Part shown: positions 1 through 9,863 of the stretch, one piece after another
Layout: every line of letters begins with the position of its first letter
Position numbering within the stretch: position 1 is the stretch's first letter
Origin: a bacterium
Lineage (GTDB): Bacteria > RUG730
NCBI GenBank assembly: GCA_031551405.1
Contig: JAVBNQ010000003.1
Location: 124,001-188,000 of the forward strand
Reading direction: 5' to 3'
DNA length: 64,000 nucleotides
Notes under the pieces: generated by a model
Told to the model about the DNA's origin: nothing
The model's input: the letters and a program-made list of their open reading frames with translations, nothing else
The model's database searches: none
Translations under genes and position numbers: made by a program

Positions 1-529
1 CCGTATATTCATTCCCCGCATCATCCCAAACTTTTAAAATATAAGAATATGGTTGCCCTGGAATTAAAAATTCATCTTTGTTATTTTTTCCATTCCAATT
101 TATAAGTGAAGGTAATTTTTTATTATCACCCAAAACAAAAAAAACCTCTCCCTTAGTGTTTACTACGGTAATAGTCCATTTTTTTATTTTCACATTTGGA
201 TCAATATCAAAGTTGAATGTGAAAACAGGATTAAATCTTATATTAATCAAATCAGGAGATATTAATTTTTTATTAAAAACCAAATCGTTATATAATAATT
301 TAATGGCGTCTAAATGCGCTATATTTATATTTAAAAATTCGGAATTATTTTCCATTACATTTTCTTTTAAAAAAATTTGCTCGGCTTTAAAATTTATTTT
401 TGGTTTTTCAGAGTCTATTTCTATTTTTACATCGGCATTTACATTAACTTGCTGAACTTCTGAATGCAATAAATTGTTTAGTGTTACAAATAATAAACTT
501 AAAAAAAGTAATTTAATCATTCTTGACAT
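1..529 (-). CDS. Secreted protein with a FlgD-like Ig segment, running off the window edge (3' partial)
   Basis: Not in the ORF track. Manual translation from ATG 529 (GGAG RBS upstream) gives MSRMIKLLFLSLLFVTLNNLLHSEV (signal-peptide-like) and ends at the edge with ...NWNGKNNKDEFLIPGQPYSYILKVWDDAGNEYT. It follows the TonB gene on the same strand. Confidence 0.75.
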   Translation of the reverse strand, partial: MSRMIKLLFLSLLFVTLNNLLHSEVQQVNVNADVKIEIDSEKPKINFKAEQIFLKENVMENNSEFLNINIAHLDAIKLLYNDLVFNKKLISPDLINIRFNPVFTFNFDIDPNVKIKKWTITVVNTKGEVFFVLGDNKKLPSLINWNGKNNKDEFLIPGQPYSYILKVWDDAGNEYT

Positions 530-597
530 TTTTTTCTCCAAACTAATTTATTTATGCTTTTTAAATAAAACTGAATAATTGAAGGATAATAGAAACT

Positions 598-1818
598 TTA
601 TTTTAATCTAAATAAAAAGCTAATCACTCCATTTTGTATTTCATCATTTTTTATTTCCGAAAAAAGCCAATTTTTTAGAACGCTAATAGCATAATCGTCT
701 AGTTTTTTATATCCTGAAGTAATTTCTATTTTCATAGATGTCTCTATGATTTTACCATTTGGCAATACTTCAAAATAAATTGAAACCACTCCGTCAATGT
801 TTTTTTCTTGCGCCCAATCGGGATATTTTGGAAGAACGTTGTATACGATTGAACGATTTTTGATGGCTCCCGTAATGCTAAAATTTTTTGTATTTAAATT
901 TGTATTTAAATCTTTTTGATTTGCCGTAGTATTGGTAACAACGCGAGTTTGATCGACTTTAATTTCCTTTACTTTGTTTTCTTCTATTTCCAAACTATTT
1001 TTACTTAAAAGTTTTATAGGTTTTTGTCTAGAGTCGTATTCTGAGCTAATTTTAGAAATTCTTTGCTGCCCACTATTTTCATTTTTATCTTGCAAAACTA
1101 CAATTTTTTCTAAATTAAAATTATTCGAATTTTTTTCGGTTTTTATTTCGGCTGTTTTTATATCTTTCATTTTCTCAAAAGTTTTATTAGACATATTAAT
1201 TACAGGAGTCTCGTTAAAATTTGCAATCTTTTTATCTAAATCCTTAATTTTTTCATTATCTTTTAATTCTATTTGAGGCTTGTCAAAATTTTTTATTTTT
1301 ACGTTTTTTTGTAATTCGTTTGCCAATTCCAATGTTTTTTTCGAAAATTTCTTTTCGCCGACTTCTTCTAATGTGATTAATTTTTTTACATCTTCTGAAT
1401 CAAGGTGCTCTCTATTTTTTAAAATCGGCTCGTCATCTATATCTTTAATACTAATTTTTTTTTCAGTTTTTATTGGTTCAATATCTAAATCTTTTGGTTT
1501 TGAGCGTTCAATCGTTGGTTCCGGAATTTCTATTTTTGTTTTGATTATCTCTGGCATTGTTTCTCTTGGTGTTTCCGGTATATTATTTTTTTGTTCTATT
1601 TTTTTCTGCTCTACAATAATTTTTGGTTTTATGATTTCTTTTTTTTGTATTTTATCATAAAATTCAACGCTATCTATTGAAACCTCATTGTAATCTATGC
1701 TTTTTTTTAAATCGTTAATTAAATATACAATAAACAATCCATGAATGACAATTGAGGAAACAATTCCAAGCTGTAGCGTAATTTGTGTTTTTTTATAGTT
1801 ATTTTGATAAATATACAT
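598..1818 (-). CDS. TonB-family energy transducer (N-terminal TM, long charged linker, TonB_C domain)
   Basis: TM with SIVIHG (S..H) motif. C-terminus PKYPDWAQEKNIDGVVSIYFEVLPNG..SGYKKLDDYA..NWLF. Start placed at ATG 1818; the track uses TTG 1839. Confidence 0.85.
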   Translation of the reverse strand: MYIYQNNYKKTQITLQLGIVSSIVIHGLFIVYLINDLKKSIDYNEVSIDSVEFYDKIQKKEIIKPKIIVEQKKIEQKNNIPETPRETMPEIIKTKIEIPEPTIERSKPKDLDIEPIKTEKKISIKDIDDEPILKNREHLDSEDVKKLITLEEVGEKKFSKKTLELANELQKNVKIKNFDKPQIELKDNEKIKDLDKKIANFNETPVINMSNKTFEKMKDIKTAEIKTEKNSNNFNLEKIVVLQDKNENSGQQRISKISSEYDSRQKPIKLLSKNSLEIEENKVKEIKVDQTRVVTNTTANQKDLNTNLNTKNFSITGAIKNRSIVYNVLPKYPDWAQEKNIDGVVSIYFEVLPNGKIIETSMKIEITSGYKKLDDYAISVLKNWLFSEIKNDEIQNGVISFLFRLK

Positions 1819-1841
1819 AAAGTACCTGATGTGATACAATT

Positions 1842-2225
1842 TTATTTTTTTTGTTCTGTAGCTATTGTAATCTTTGCAGCTCCGGATTTTTTTGCTATTT
1901 CCATTATATCCAGCAAATTGGCGTGTCTACTATTTTTATCTATTTTTATTAATATCATATCGGATTTAATAAGATCTAGTTTCTTTTTAATCAACGTTTC
2001 AACGTCGTCACGATTTACTATTAATTCGTCTATAGCAATTTGACCTTCTTTTGAAACATATAAAATGATTTTATCTTGCTCTTCTTTTTCTTCGTTTGTA
2101 GCTGCTTCCGGAATTTCAATTTTAAGATTTGGCTGAATTAAAAATGAACCCGAGACCATAAAAACAATTAAAAGCGACATACAAACGTCGACTAAAGGAG
2201 TCATGTTTACTTTTATGCTTTCCAT
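1842..2225 (-). CDS. exbD: ExbD/TolR family biopolymer transporter
   Basis: NMTPLVDVCMSLLIVFMV motif with the conserved TM Asp; C-terminal IKIDK..MEIAKKSGAAKI. Confidence 0.9.
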   Translation of the reverse strand: MESIKVNMTPLVDVCMSLLIVFMVSGSFLIQPNLKIEIPEAATNEEKEEQDKIILYVSKEGQIAIDELIVNRDDVETLIKKKLDLIKSDMILIKIDKNSRHANLLDIMEIAKKSGAAKITIATEQKK

Positions 2226-2234
2226 TATTTTCCC

Positions 2235-2651
2235 TTACCTTGAAATACTTACTTTTTCAGCTCCATTTTGTTTTGCCAGATCCATCAGGTATACAACATA
2301 ATTCACCAAATTTTTTTCATCTGCGACAATCATAACTTCTTTTACAGGACTTGCTAATATAGCATCTTTCAAATATGGCTGAATTTTATTTTTAGCTATT
2401 TCTATGCCGTTTATTGATACCATACCGTTTTCATCGACGGTTATCTTTACAATGTCTTCTTGAGCTGATTTCCCAATAGAAACGCCACTGGATTTCGAAC
2501 TAAGAGCTTTTATCCCCGATACTAGGGCCAATGGAGTTACGCACATAAATACTATAACAAGAATCAATGCGACATTAACCATTGAAGTTAAATCTGTAAG
2601 ATCTTCTACAAGCAAATCATCTTGCTCGCCTACTTTACGTTTTTTCATCAT
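2235..2651 (-). CDS. exbD: Second ExbD/TolR family protein (TM Asp replaced by Asn)
   Basis: DLTSMVNVALILVIVFM TM; IVADE..YLMDLAKQNGAEKVSI C-terminal motif. Confidence 0.85.
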   Translation of the reverse strand: MMKKRKVGEQDDLLVEDLTDLTSMVNVALILVIVFMCVTPLALVSGIKALSSKSSGVSIGKSAQEDIVKITVDENGMVSINGIEIAKNKIQPYLKDAILASPVKEVMIVADEKNLVNYVVYLMDLAKQNGAEKVSISR

Positions 2652-2663
2652 AGAAACTCCGAA

Positions 2664-3353
2664 TTACTTTTTATTTAACATAAAAAATAGATATTTCATA
2701 TTTACGTCTAACTCGGACAAAACAATTTTAATTTTATTTGAAAAGAAATTAAATGCTACAAGCATAGGAATAGAAATTATCAATCCAAACGCAGTTGTAA
2801 CCAAAGCTTCCGATACTCCGGACGCAATAACGGAAGGTCCTCCTGTCCCCGACGCAGCTAAATCCGAGAATGCTTGAATAATTCCGGTTACGGTTCCCAA
2901 CAGTCCCAATAACGGCGAAATAGCGGCTGACGAACCAATTAATACTAAAAATTTTTCCATGTTTTCTTTTTCTTTGACTCGAGCTATTTCGTATAATTCT
3001 TCTAATTCTTCCTTATTTTTTTCCCTATTCGTTATTATTAACTTTATAACATTATTAAGTGGATTATTTTTTTTAAGCGTTTCATTTAAAAGTACATCAA
3101 CATTTTGTTCTTTTAGCATAAGCTCCACTTGTTTCATTATTTTTGTAGAAGAAAATTTTATGCTTAAAAAATAAAAAGTTCTTTCTAAAAGAAAAATTAA
3201 AGAAATAACAGAAACCGCTAAAATCGCCATCATTACAAGACTTGACTTTAATAATAAAATATAATCTATTTGTCCTAAATTTTGCTCTTTTGCATAAATT
3301 AGTCCTGAAAAAAGTGGAAGAATTATTAGGAAGCTAAAAAGTTTTTTTTTCAT
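2664..3353 (-). CDS. exbB: MotA/TolQ/ExbB proton channel family protein
   Basis: SPLLGLLGTVTGIIQAF and GVSEALVTTAFGL signature helices. Confidence 0.92.
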   Translation of the reverse strand: MKKKLFSFLIILPLFSGLIYAKEQNLGQIDYILLLKSSLVMMAILAVSVISLIFLLERTFYFLSIKFSSTKIMKQVELMLKEQNVDVLLNETLKKNNPLNNVIKLIITNREKNKEELEELYEIARVKEKENMEKFLVLIGSSAAISPLLGLLGTVTGIIQAFSDLAASGTGGPSVIASGVSEALVTTAFGLIISIPMLVAFNFFSNKIKIVLSELDVNMKYLFFMLNKK

Positions 3354-3371
3354 TTTTTTTACCTCTATTTT

Positions 3372-6300
3372 TTATTTATTTCCCAATCTGGCGTTTATAG
3401 AACGAATCCAATCTTTATTTGTCGTATAGAGCAGAATTTCTCTATAAATAGAATCTGCGTTTTCTTTCATGTTTTTATTTTCATATATTTCCGCTAATTT
3501 TACAAGCCCGGATAATCTTGTAGTATTTTCTTTAGGAGCCATAGATAATAATTTTGAATATTCTTCTATTGTTTTATCTGTCTTAAATTGCTTTTCATAA
3601 CAATCTGCAATTTTGTATTGCGCATATATTCGTTTTTCATCTGATAAATATGGAGTTATAAAGCGTAAAACTTCTATAGCTTTATTATATTCTCTAACAT
3701 TGGCGTAACTTTCTACGACTTCCAGTACTACTTGAATTGCATCTTCATCTCTAGCGTCGCTTAGTTTGTAAAAATTTAGAAAAGCTAAACAAGATTTTTC
3801 TATATCGTCGCTTTCTCTGTAAGCCAAACCTAAATTATAGGCTACTAGTTTTAAGTTTTCAGATTTTGGGAATAAAACGTTAAATTGCTCATAAACATGA
3901 ATACATTTATCATACATTTTTAAATTAAAATAAGAAGTTCCCAGTCTTATATAAGCTTTTTCAATGTTTTTAGATTTTATAAAATTAGTTATAAAAATTT
4001 GATAATTTCTAGAAGCCTCGGAATAATTTTTTAAAAAATAATAGGATTCCGATATATAGTAGATAGCAGTCTCTAACTTTGAAGCTTCCAATAACGAATA
4101 ATTATTTGAATTTAAAAAACGTTGAAGCCACGGAATTGCTTTTTCATATTCGCCTTCTTCAAAATAATGCGTTCCAATATCAAGAATTAATGACGTTGTT
4201 AATTTTAATTTTGGATTTGCTTGAATAAAACTACGAAATGCCGTCTCAAAATCTTCAGCAATTTTAATTTGAACTGTTTTTAAACCTTTTAAATAAGCGT
4301 TATATTCTTGTCTCTTATAAAGAGTGGATTCAAGTTGAGTAATTGCTTCGGAGGTTTTTTCAGTTGCAGGATATTGTTTTATAAAATCTAAAAATTCAGT
4401 TATAGCCTGATCATATTTTTTGTTATTGTAATAAGATTGAGCTATACGTAATTTTGAGTCTATTACTTCGGGTATATTTTTATCATATTTAGAACAAATA
4501 AATTTGTACATTTCAATCGCTTCAGCATATTTCCCGGATTTATAATAAGTATCCGCGACTTTATAAGTGATACTTAACGATTTTTTATTATTTGGATATT
4601 TTTTGATAGCTTCTTGCCATTTATTTAGCGCTTCCGAATAATACTCAGACATATAATAGCAATTTCCGAGATTTAAATAAGCGGAAATGTTATATTCTTC
4701 AATCGGTGAAATTTTTAAAAAATATTCATAAAACTCTATCGCTTTCAAATAGTCCTTTTTCATGAAATATAGATTTGCCAAATCATAAGAATTTAAATAT
4801 TTTAAATCGTCTGTTACAGTATTGCTTTTTGTTAAAATTTCCTGAATAATTTTTTTATACTCTATAGCTTTCTCATAATTTTTTTCTTTTAATTCGCACC
4901 AAGCTAAACCGTTAATTGCTTCTACATAAATTAAGTCATCTTTTATATATACATTCGCTATCTTGGAAAATAAATTTTTTGCCTCTTTAAAGTAATTGAA
5001 TCTATAACATGTGTCTGCAATAATGAAATAACTTTTTATATTCTTAGAATTTTTGTCTTTTGGATCCAAAGTAAGCCTTAGCTCATTTAATAAAAATTGA
5101 TAATCTGTAGCGATTACGTTATATTCGTTTCGATTATAACTAATATAATTTAACATGAAAAAGGCTTTTGTTAGCAAATAATTTAAATTTGCTGACTTTA
5201 GTTGTGAACTTTTATCTACGACTGCTTTATAATCTTGTTTTGCGGCTTCTAAATCTCCTTTTTGGTATTTAAGATCTGCCAAAAAAGCGTGCATTTTGAT
5301 AATAACTTCAGTTAGGGAAACATCAGATTTTATGCTGTTCTCTAAGATATTTTCAGCTTTTTCAAAATCATTTTTTATGTATTTAATCCAAGCCAAAATT
5401 AAATTTATTTTTAATCTAGTTTGTTTGTTGTTTACAAGATTTGCGGCTTTTTCAAAAAATACAGAAGCTTCGTCATAGCGTTTTAACTCATAATACGAAT
5501 AACCTATCAAATATAATGACATGAAATATAAATTTACTTCTCCATCATTAGATTTTATAATATTTCCGGGAGCATTTTCATTGATTTTTGAAAGATATTC
5601 AATTGACTTTAGATAATCTTTCGTATTTATATAACAACAAGCAATTTTATAATTCACGTAGTTTTTTGCTATATCATTTTGATATTTATCTTGAAATTGC
5701 AAAAAATTTGAAATGGCTGTTTTATAATCTTTTAAATTATATAAATTTTCGCAGACACCCAGAGCGGCTAAATTCGCATATACCGGATCATCTATTAATT
5801 TTTTATTTTCACCCAACGCAAATAAATCTTGATTTTTTTTCGTATAACAACGAGCTAAAAAATATGTTGCATTATTAGAATTGCAAGTTTTGAAACACTC
5901 TATAGCTTTATCGTAACTTCCTAAAATAAAACTTAAAAAACCTAATGCCATTCTAGAATTTTCATTATAAATTTGCGTATTTTGTTGAATAAAGTTTTCT
6001 AAAAATAAAAGATCATCTTTATTGTATTTTCCAGAATCGTTTAGAAATTTTATATAATTTATGATTTGTAAATAAGCAAAATCTTGTTTTAACCAGTAAT
6101 TTGAAGGGAATTTTGAACAAATTTTTGAAGTTTTATTAAAATCGTTTAAATTTAAATAAGCTTCAGCTATTCTAAGTTTAGCATTTAGCGCTAAATAGCT
6201 ATTTGGATTTTTCATTAGACTAATAACGTATTCATAATTGAAAATAGCTTTTAATAGAAGATCTGAGAATTCTTTATTTTTTAAGTTTGTTTTTTTATTT

Positions 6301-6680
6301 TGTATAAAACTTTTTAAAACATAACTTTCACCTATTAAATAATAGGCATTTAGAATTAAATAATTATTCGGATACTTTGCTATAAATTCATTTAACGATA
6401 TTATTATATAATCTAAATGTTCATCGTCTTCATCTTTTAAAGCGTTTACATTAATAAAGTAATTATTATATAAGTCGGCATTATCTAGATCTAGAAAATC
6501 ATATTCTGCATCGGATCTATATTTTTCTATGTCATTATAGAAGTCGGCAATATCTAGAAAATCATATGTTGCATCGAATCCATATTTTTCTACTCCATTG
6601 TCAATAATAAAATCTATACAAAAAATATTTGATAAAGTTAATACAAAGATGATAAAAATTAAAGAAAATAATTTTTTCAT
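3372..6680 (-). CDS. Large secreted tetratricopeptide-repeat protein (1102 aa)
   Basis: Signal-peptide-like N-terminus and many TPR units (e.g. AYLNLGNCYYMSEYYSEALNKWQEAIKKYP, LRIAQSYYNNKKYDQAITEFLDFIKQYP). GAGG RBS. First gene of the operon. Confidence 0.85.
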   Translation of the reverse strand: MKKLFSLIFIIFVLTLSNIFCIDFIIDNGVEKYGFDATYDFLDIADFYNDIEKYRSDAEYDFLDLDNADLYNNYFINVNALKDEDDEHLDYIIISLNEFIAKYPNNYLILNAYYLIGESYVLKSFIQNKKTNLKNKEFSDLLLKAIFNYEYVISLMKNPNSYLALNAKLRIAEAYLNLNDFNKTSKICSKFPSNYWLKQDFAYLQIINYIKFLNDSGKYNKDDLLFLENFIQQNTQIYNENSRMALGFLSFILGSYDKAIECFKTCNSNNATYFLARCYTKKNQDLFALGENKKLIDDPVYANLAALGVCENLYNLKDYKTAISNFLQFQDKYQNDIAKNYVNYKIACCYINTKDYLKSIEYLSKINENAPGNIIKSNDGEVNLYFMSLYLIGYSYYELKRYDEASVFFEKAANLVNNKQTRLKINLILAWIKYIKNDFEKAENILENSIKSDVSLTEVIIKMHAFLADLKYQKGDLEAAKQDYKAVVDKSSQLKSANLNYLLTKAFFMLNYISYNRNEYNVIATDYQFLLNELRLTLDPKDKNSKNIKSYFIIADTCYRFNYFKEAKNLFSKIANVYIKDDLIYVEAINGLAWCELKEKNYEKAIEYKKIIQEILTKSNTVTDDLKYLNSYDLANLYFMKKDYLKAIEFYEYFLKISPIEEYNISAYLNLGNCYYMSEYYSEALNKWQEAIKKYPNNKKSLSITYKVADTYYKSGKYAEAIEMYKFICSKYDKNIPEVIDSKLRIAQSYYNNKKYDQAITEFLDFIKQYPATEKTSEAITQLESTLYKRQEYNAYLKGLKTVQIKIAEDFETAFRSFIQANPKLKLTTSLILDIGTHYFEEGEYEKAIPWLQRFLNSNNYSLLEASKLETAIYYISESYYFLKNYSEASRNYQIFITNFIKSKNIEKAYIRLGTSYFNLKMYDKCIHVYEQFNVLFPKSENLKLVAYNLGLAYRESDDIEKSCLAFLNFYKLSDARDEDAIQVVLEVVESYANVREYNKAIEVLRFITPYLSDEKRIYAQYKIADCYEKQFKTDKTIEEYSKLLSMAPKENTTRLSGLVKLAEIYENKNMKENADSIYREILLYTTNKDWIRSINARLGNK

Positions 6681-6933
6681 GAATACGTCCTCACTATTTA
6701 TCCTTATTTATTTTTCGCTATTGTAATCAAAACCGCGATTTCGTTATTATTTTGTGAATTTTGAAAAGTTTCAGGCTTTGAATGTTTTTCAAGCATAATT
6801 AGCATAAATTTTATTAAAAATGATTGTCAAAAGATAAGTAAAGATACTGTTAATCTGCTTATTTTGACTTCTTAAAATATTTATATCTGAAATTTATTTG
6901 TTTTTCCTGTTTTTTTAAGCTAAACGTTTCTTG

Positions 6934-7311
6934 TTATGTTATCATTTTTGCAAAAAACATTCCAATTACAACGCCTAATATGCTCAACCCGAGATTTAAA
7001 ACAATGTTTCCGGTAGCAAGTCCATATTTTCCGTTTGAAAAAAAGATTACTGTTTCAAGGCTAAAGGCAGAAAATGTGCTAAGTCCGCCGAGAAGTCCAG
7101 TTGTCAAAAATAATTTTGTTTTTGGTTCAATGGAGACAGACTGTTTTTCCAAACCGATTATAAATCCAATCATTATTCCTGCAATGACGTTCGATAACAA
7201 TGTTCCGAGTGGAAACGAAATTTGAAAATAATCACAAGTTTTGGTTAAGCCATAGCGCAAACACGAGCCGATAAATCCGCCAATACCGACTGCGCCAAAT
7301 TCTAACATCAA
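6934..7311 (-). CDS. crcB: Fluoride efflux channel CrcB/Fluc
   Basis: GGFIGSCLRY, FPLGTLLSN and TTGLLGGLSTFSAF motifs. Confidence 0.95.
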   Translation of the reverse strand: MMLEFGAVGIGGFIGSCLRYGLTKTCDYFQISFPLGTLLSNVIAGIMIGFIIGLEKQSVSIEPKTKLFLTTGLLGGLSTFSAFSLETVIFFSNGKYGLATGNIVLNLGLSILGVVIGMFFAKMIT

Positions 7312-7352
7312 ACGCGCTCCTTAAGATTGCCAAATGCCTAATTAGTCTGGAT

Positions 7353-7556
7353 TTATTTTTTGCTTTTCGCTATTGCAATAACAGCTGCAATTTCGCTGTC
7401 GTTTTTATTTGTAAAATTATTTTGATCATTGCCGCCAGAAGTAGCTTTAGCGAATTTGCCTAAAAGAACTACCATTATTTTTACTAAAACTGCGACTAAA
7501 AGTGAAATGATAATTGTCAAGAGATATGTAATTAGTGAAATTGTTAATCCGCTCAT
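7353..7556 (-). CDS. OadG-like gamma subunit of a Na+-translocating decarboxylase
   Basis: Small single-TM protein with the C-terminal EIAAVIAIA motif, directly after the beta subunit, GGAGG RBS. Confidence 0.7.
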   Translation of the reverse strand: MSGLTISLITYLLTIIISLLVAVLVKIMVVLLGKFAKATSGGNDQNNFTNKNDSEIAAVIAIAKSKK

Positions 7557-7565
7557 TTTTCCTCC

Positions 7566-8813
7566 TTATTTTATAAAACTACAAAATATCCCGGCAATAA
7601 TTGCAGTAGTAATAACTCCACTTATGTTTGCGCCAAGAGCTTGAGGTAAAACTATGGAATTTGGATTTGCTTTTGTTACAATTTTTTGAGCGACTTTTGC
7701 AGTAGTTGGGACACAGCTTACTGCAGCTATTCCAATCACTGGATTGTATTTTTTTCCGGAAATGAAATACATAAAATATCCACCGATTATTCCGCCGATG
7801 CCTGACAAAAGCAATGACAAAATTCCGAGTAAAAGTAAAGGCAAAACTTTTGGACTCATAATCGTAGTTGCCTCACACAATACTCCTAAAAGAAGACCTA
7901 AAAACATTGTTGATAAATAAAGAATTGGTCCTTGGAGAAGTTCAATAAATTGTTTGACTCCGGATTCTCTGATGACTACGCCAAAAAATAAAGAGAAAAG
8001 TAAAGGCGCTGCAACAGGAAGTAAAAACGATAAAATCACACAAGCAACAACTGCAAAAAGCATTTTTTCGCCTGATGTAAATTCTCTCTGTTTTTTTTCT
8101 TCCATTTTTATGGCTTGTAATTTTTTTGGAATGGTAAATTTTATTAGGTAAGGAAACCCGCCGTAAGCAAGTCCCAAATAAAGATAAGCTACAACTGCGA
8201 TTGGAACGAATAATTCAGGAGCGAGTTTGAGAGATGTGAAAAGAACCATCGGACCGTCTGCTCCGCCGACTATAGAAATGGCGGCAGCCTGTTTAGTCGT
8301 ATATCCAAACATTGTTGCTATAGGAAGAGTCATAATTGTTCCGAGCTCAGCAAAAAGAGCTACAATCATACTCACGAATGGTCTTGCCATTACAAAACCA
8401 ACGTCGAGAAGCGACCCGATTCCCATAAAAATCAAGCAAGCAATAAGTCCATTGCTAAAAGTAAAATTATAAATCGGTTGAAGCCAGTCTATTTGAAGCA
8501 TTGTCATAATGTGGTCATTATTTACGAGAGTAGGATCTACGAACAAAGTTCCCATTTTGAGAGGATCTATTGGATTTCCCATCGCTATATTGAGAGGATC
8601 AAAAAACATGATAGAAGCATTGACAACAGCCATTCCAAGTCCCATCGGAATCATAAGAAGAGGTTCGAGAATTCCTTTTTTCCCCAAGTAAATCAGCAGT
8701 AAGCCCAAAATAGTCAGTCCAATTCTAGCTATTGCCATAGTTGGGCTATTTGAAAAGTCTAAGGCTAAAGTTTGAAATCCTTGAAAAATTCCCCAAATTG
8801 AATCCATGTACAT
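7566..8813 (-). CDS. oadB: Sodium ion-translocating decarboxylase beta subunit (OadB/MmdB/GcdB family)
   Basis: EPLLMIPMG, IVGGADGP, NPVIGIAAVSCVP and ALGANISGVI motifs. Confidence 0.93.
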   Translation of the reverse strand: MYMDSIWGIFQGFQTLALDFSNSPTMAIARIGLTILGLLLIYLGKKGILEPLLMIPMGLGMAVVNASIMFFDPLNIAMGNPIDPLKMGTLFVDPTLVNNDHIMTMLQIDWLQPIYNFTFSNGLIACLIFMGIGSLLDVGFVMARPFVSMIVALFAELGTIMTLPIATMFGYTTKQAAAISIVGGADGPMVLFTSLKLAPELFVPIAVVAYLYLGLAYGGFPYLIKFTIPKKLQAIKMEEKKQREFTSGEKMLFAVVACVILSFLLPVAAPLLFSLFFGVVIRESGVKQFIELLQGPILYLSTMFLGLLLGVLCEATTIMSPKVLPLLLLGILSLLLSGIGGIIGGYFMYFISGKKYNPVIGIAAVSCVPTTAKVAQKIVTKANPNSIVLPQALGANISGVITTAIIAGIFCSFIK

Positions 8814-8854
8814 CTTGAAACTCCTTCTTTGTCAAATATTTGATTGATATAAAT

Positions 8855-9601
8855 TTATAAAAAAATGTCTCCTAAATTAATATTTTTTTGCATTCCATTA
8901 TCGAGCATTAAAAGCAATTGTCCGTTTTCGTCGACATCTTTTGCTAATCCTTCATAAATCTCATCAAAAATAACTACTTTGATTTTTTTGTCAAGAAAAC
9001 AAGATTTTTCTTTGTATTCGTCTCGAATCAAGTGAAAACCGGATTGCGAGAAACCAGAATAGGAAAAACTAAATTCATTTAATAATTGTTCTAAAAAATT
9101 TTTTTTATCAACTGAATTTTTGATTAGCATATTTAATGAAGTAGCAGGTTGATCGATTTTGTTTAAAAAATTTTCACTTAAATTTAAATTCACACCAACT
9201 CCAAGAGCCAAACCTTGGATTTCGTTATTTTTTATGCTAGTTTCGCATAAAATTCCAGCGATTTTTTTGCCGCCAACTAAAATGTCATTTGGCCATTTTA
9301 TCTCTGCTTTAACTTCATAATTCTCAAAAACTCGGCATAAAAGTATAGCCATTAATTGCGAAATATTCGGTAAAATATTTATAAAATTGTCGTTAGATGA
9401 TTTCAAAATAATTGTAAAATATAAATTGTTCGGTTCGCTCGACACCCAATTTCTATTATTTCGACCTTTTCCGTTAGTTTGTTTGTCAGCGGAAATAATG
9501 GTTTTCGATTCAAATGAATTTATATTTTGGATAGCGTATTTATTGGTTGAGTCGATTTTGTCGAAGTGAAAAAAATTAAAAGTGCTTTTAAAATTACTCA
9601 T
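8855..9601 (-). CDS. birA: Biotin-[acetyl-CoA-carboxylase] ligase (no HTH)
   Basis: DSTN, QTNGKGRNNRNW and KWPNDILVGGKKIAGILCE motifs. Confidence 0.95.
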   Translation of the reverse strand: MSNFKSTFNFFHFDKIDSTNKYAIQNINSFESKTIISADKQTNGKGRNNRNWVSSEPNNLYFTIILKSSNDNFINILPNISQLMAILLCRVFENYEVKAEIKWPNDILVGGKKIAGILCETSIKNNEIQGLALGVGVNLNLSENFLNKIDQPATSLNMLIKNSVDKKNFLEQLLNEFSFSYSGFSQSGFHLIRDEYKEKSCFLDKKIKVVIFDEIYEGLAKDVDENGQLLLMLDNGMQKNINLGDIFL

Positions 9602-9781
9602 AAAGATTTATATTTTTAAACTTCAAAAAATTGAAACATTCTAAACGATAAACTTAAAAGTGTCAAATTTTTTATTTTTTACTTGTGTGAGACATTAAAA
9701 TTATGATCCCCAAATTTTCACAAATTTTTATTGCAAAAAATAGACATTTTTATTTCAGCTTGACAAATACAAACAAAAAAC

Positions 9782-9810
9782 TTGAAAAAAAATCGTAAAA
9801 TAAATATACT
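9782..9810 (+). promoter_or_regulatory. Putative sigma70 promoter of rpmB
   Basis: TTGAAA (9782-9787), 17 nt spacer, TATACT (9805-9810). Confidence 0.45.
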
Positions 9811-9863
9811 ATCAAACTTTATCGCAATCCTTATTATAAAAATACAGAAGGTGAGGGACCAAA

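Noticed and set aside
7312-7352. Fluoride riboswitch upstream of crcB
   Set aside because: The gap is only ~40 nt and lacks the GGCGATGG..CGCC consensus
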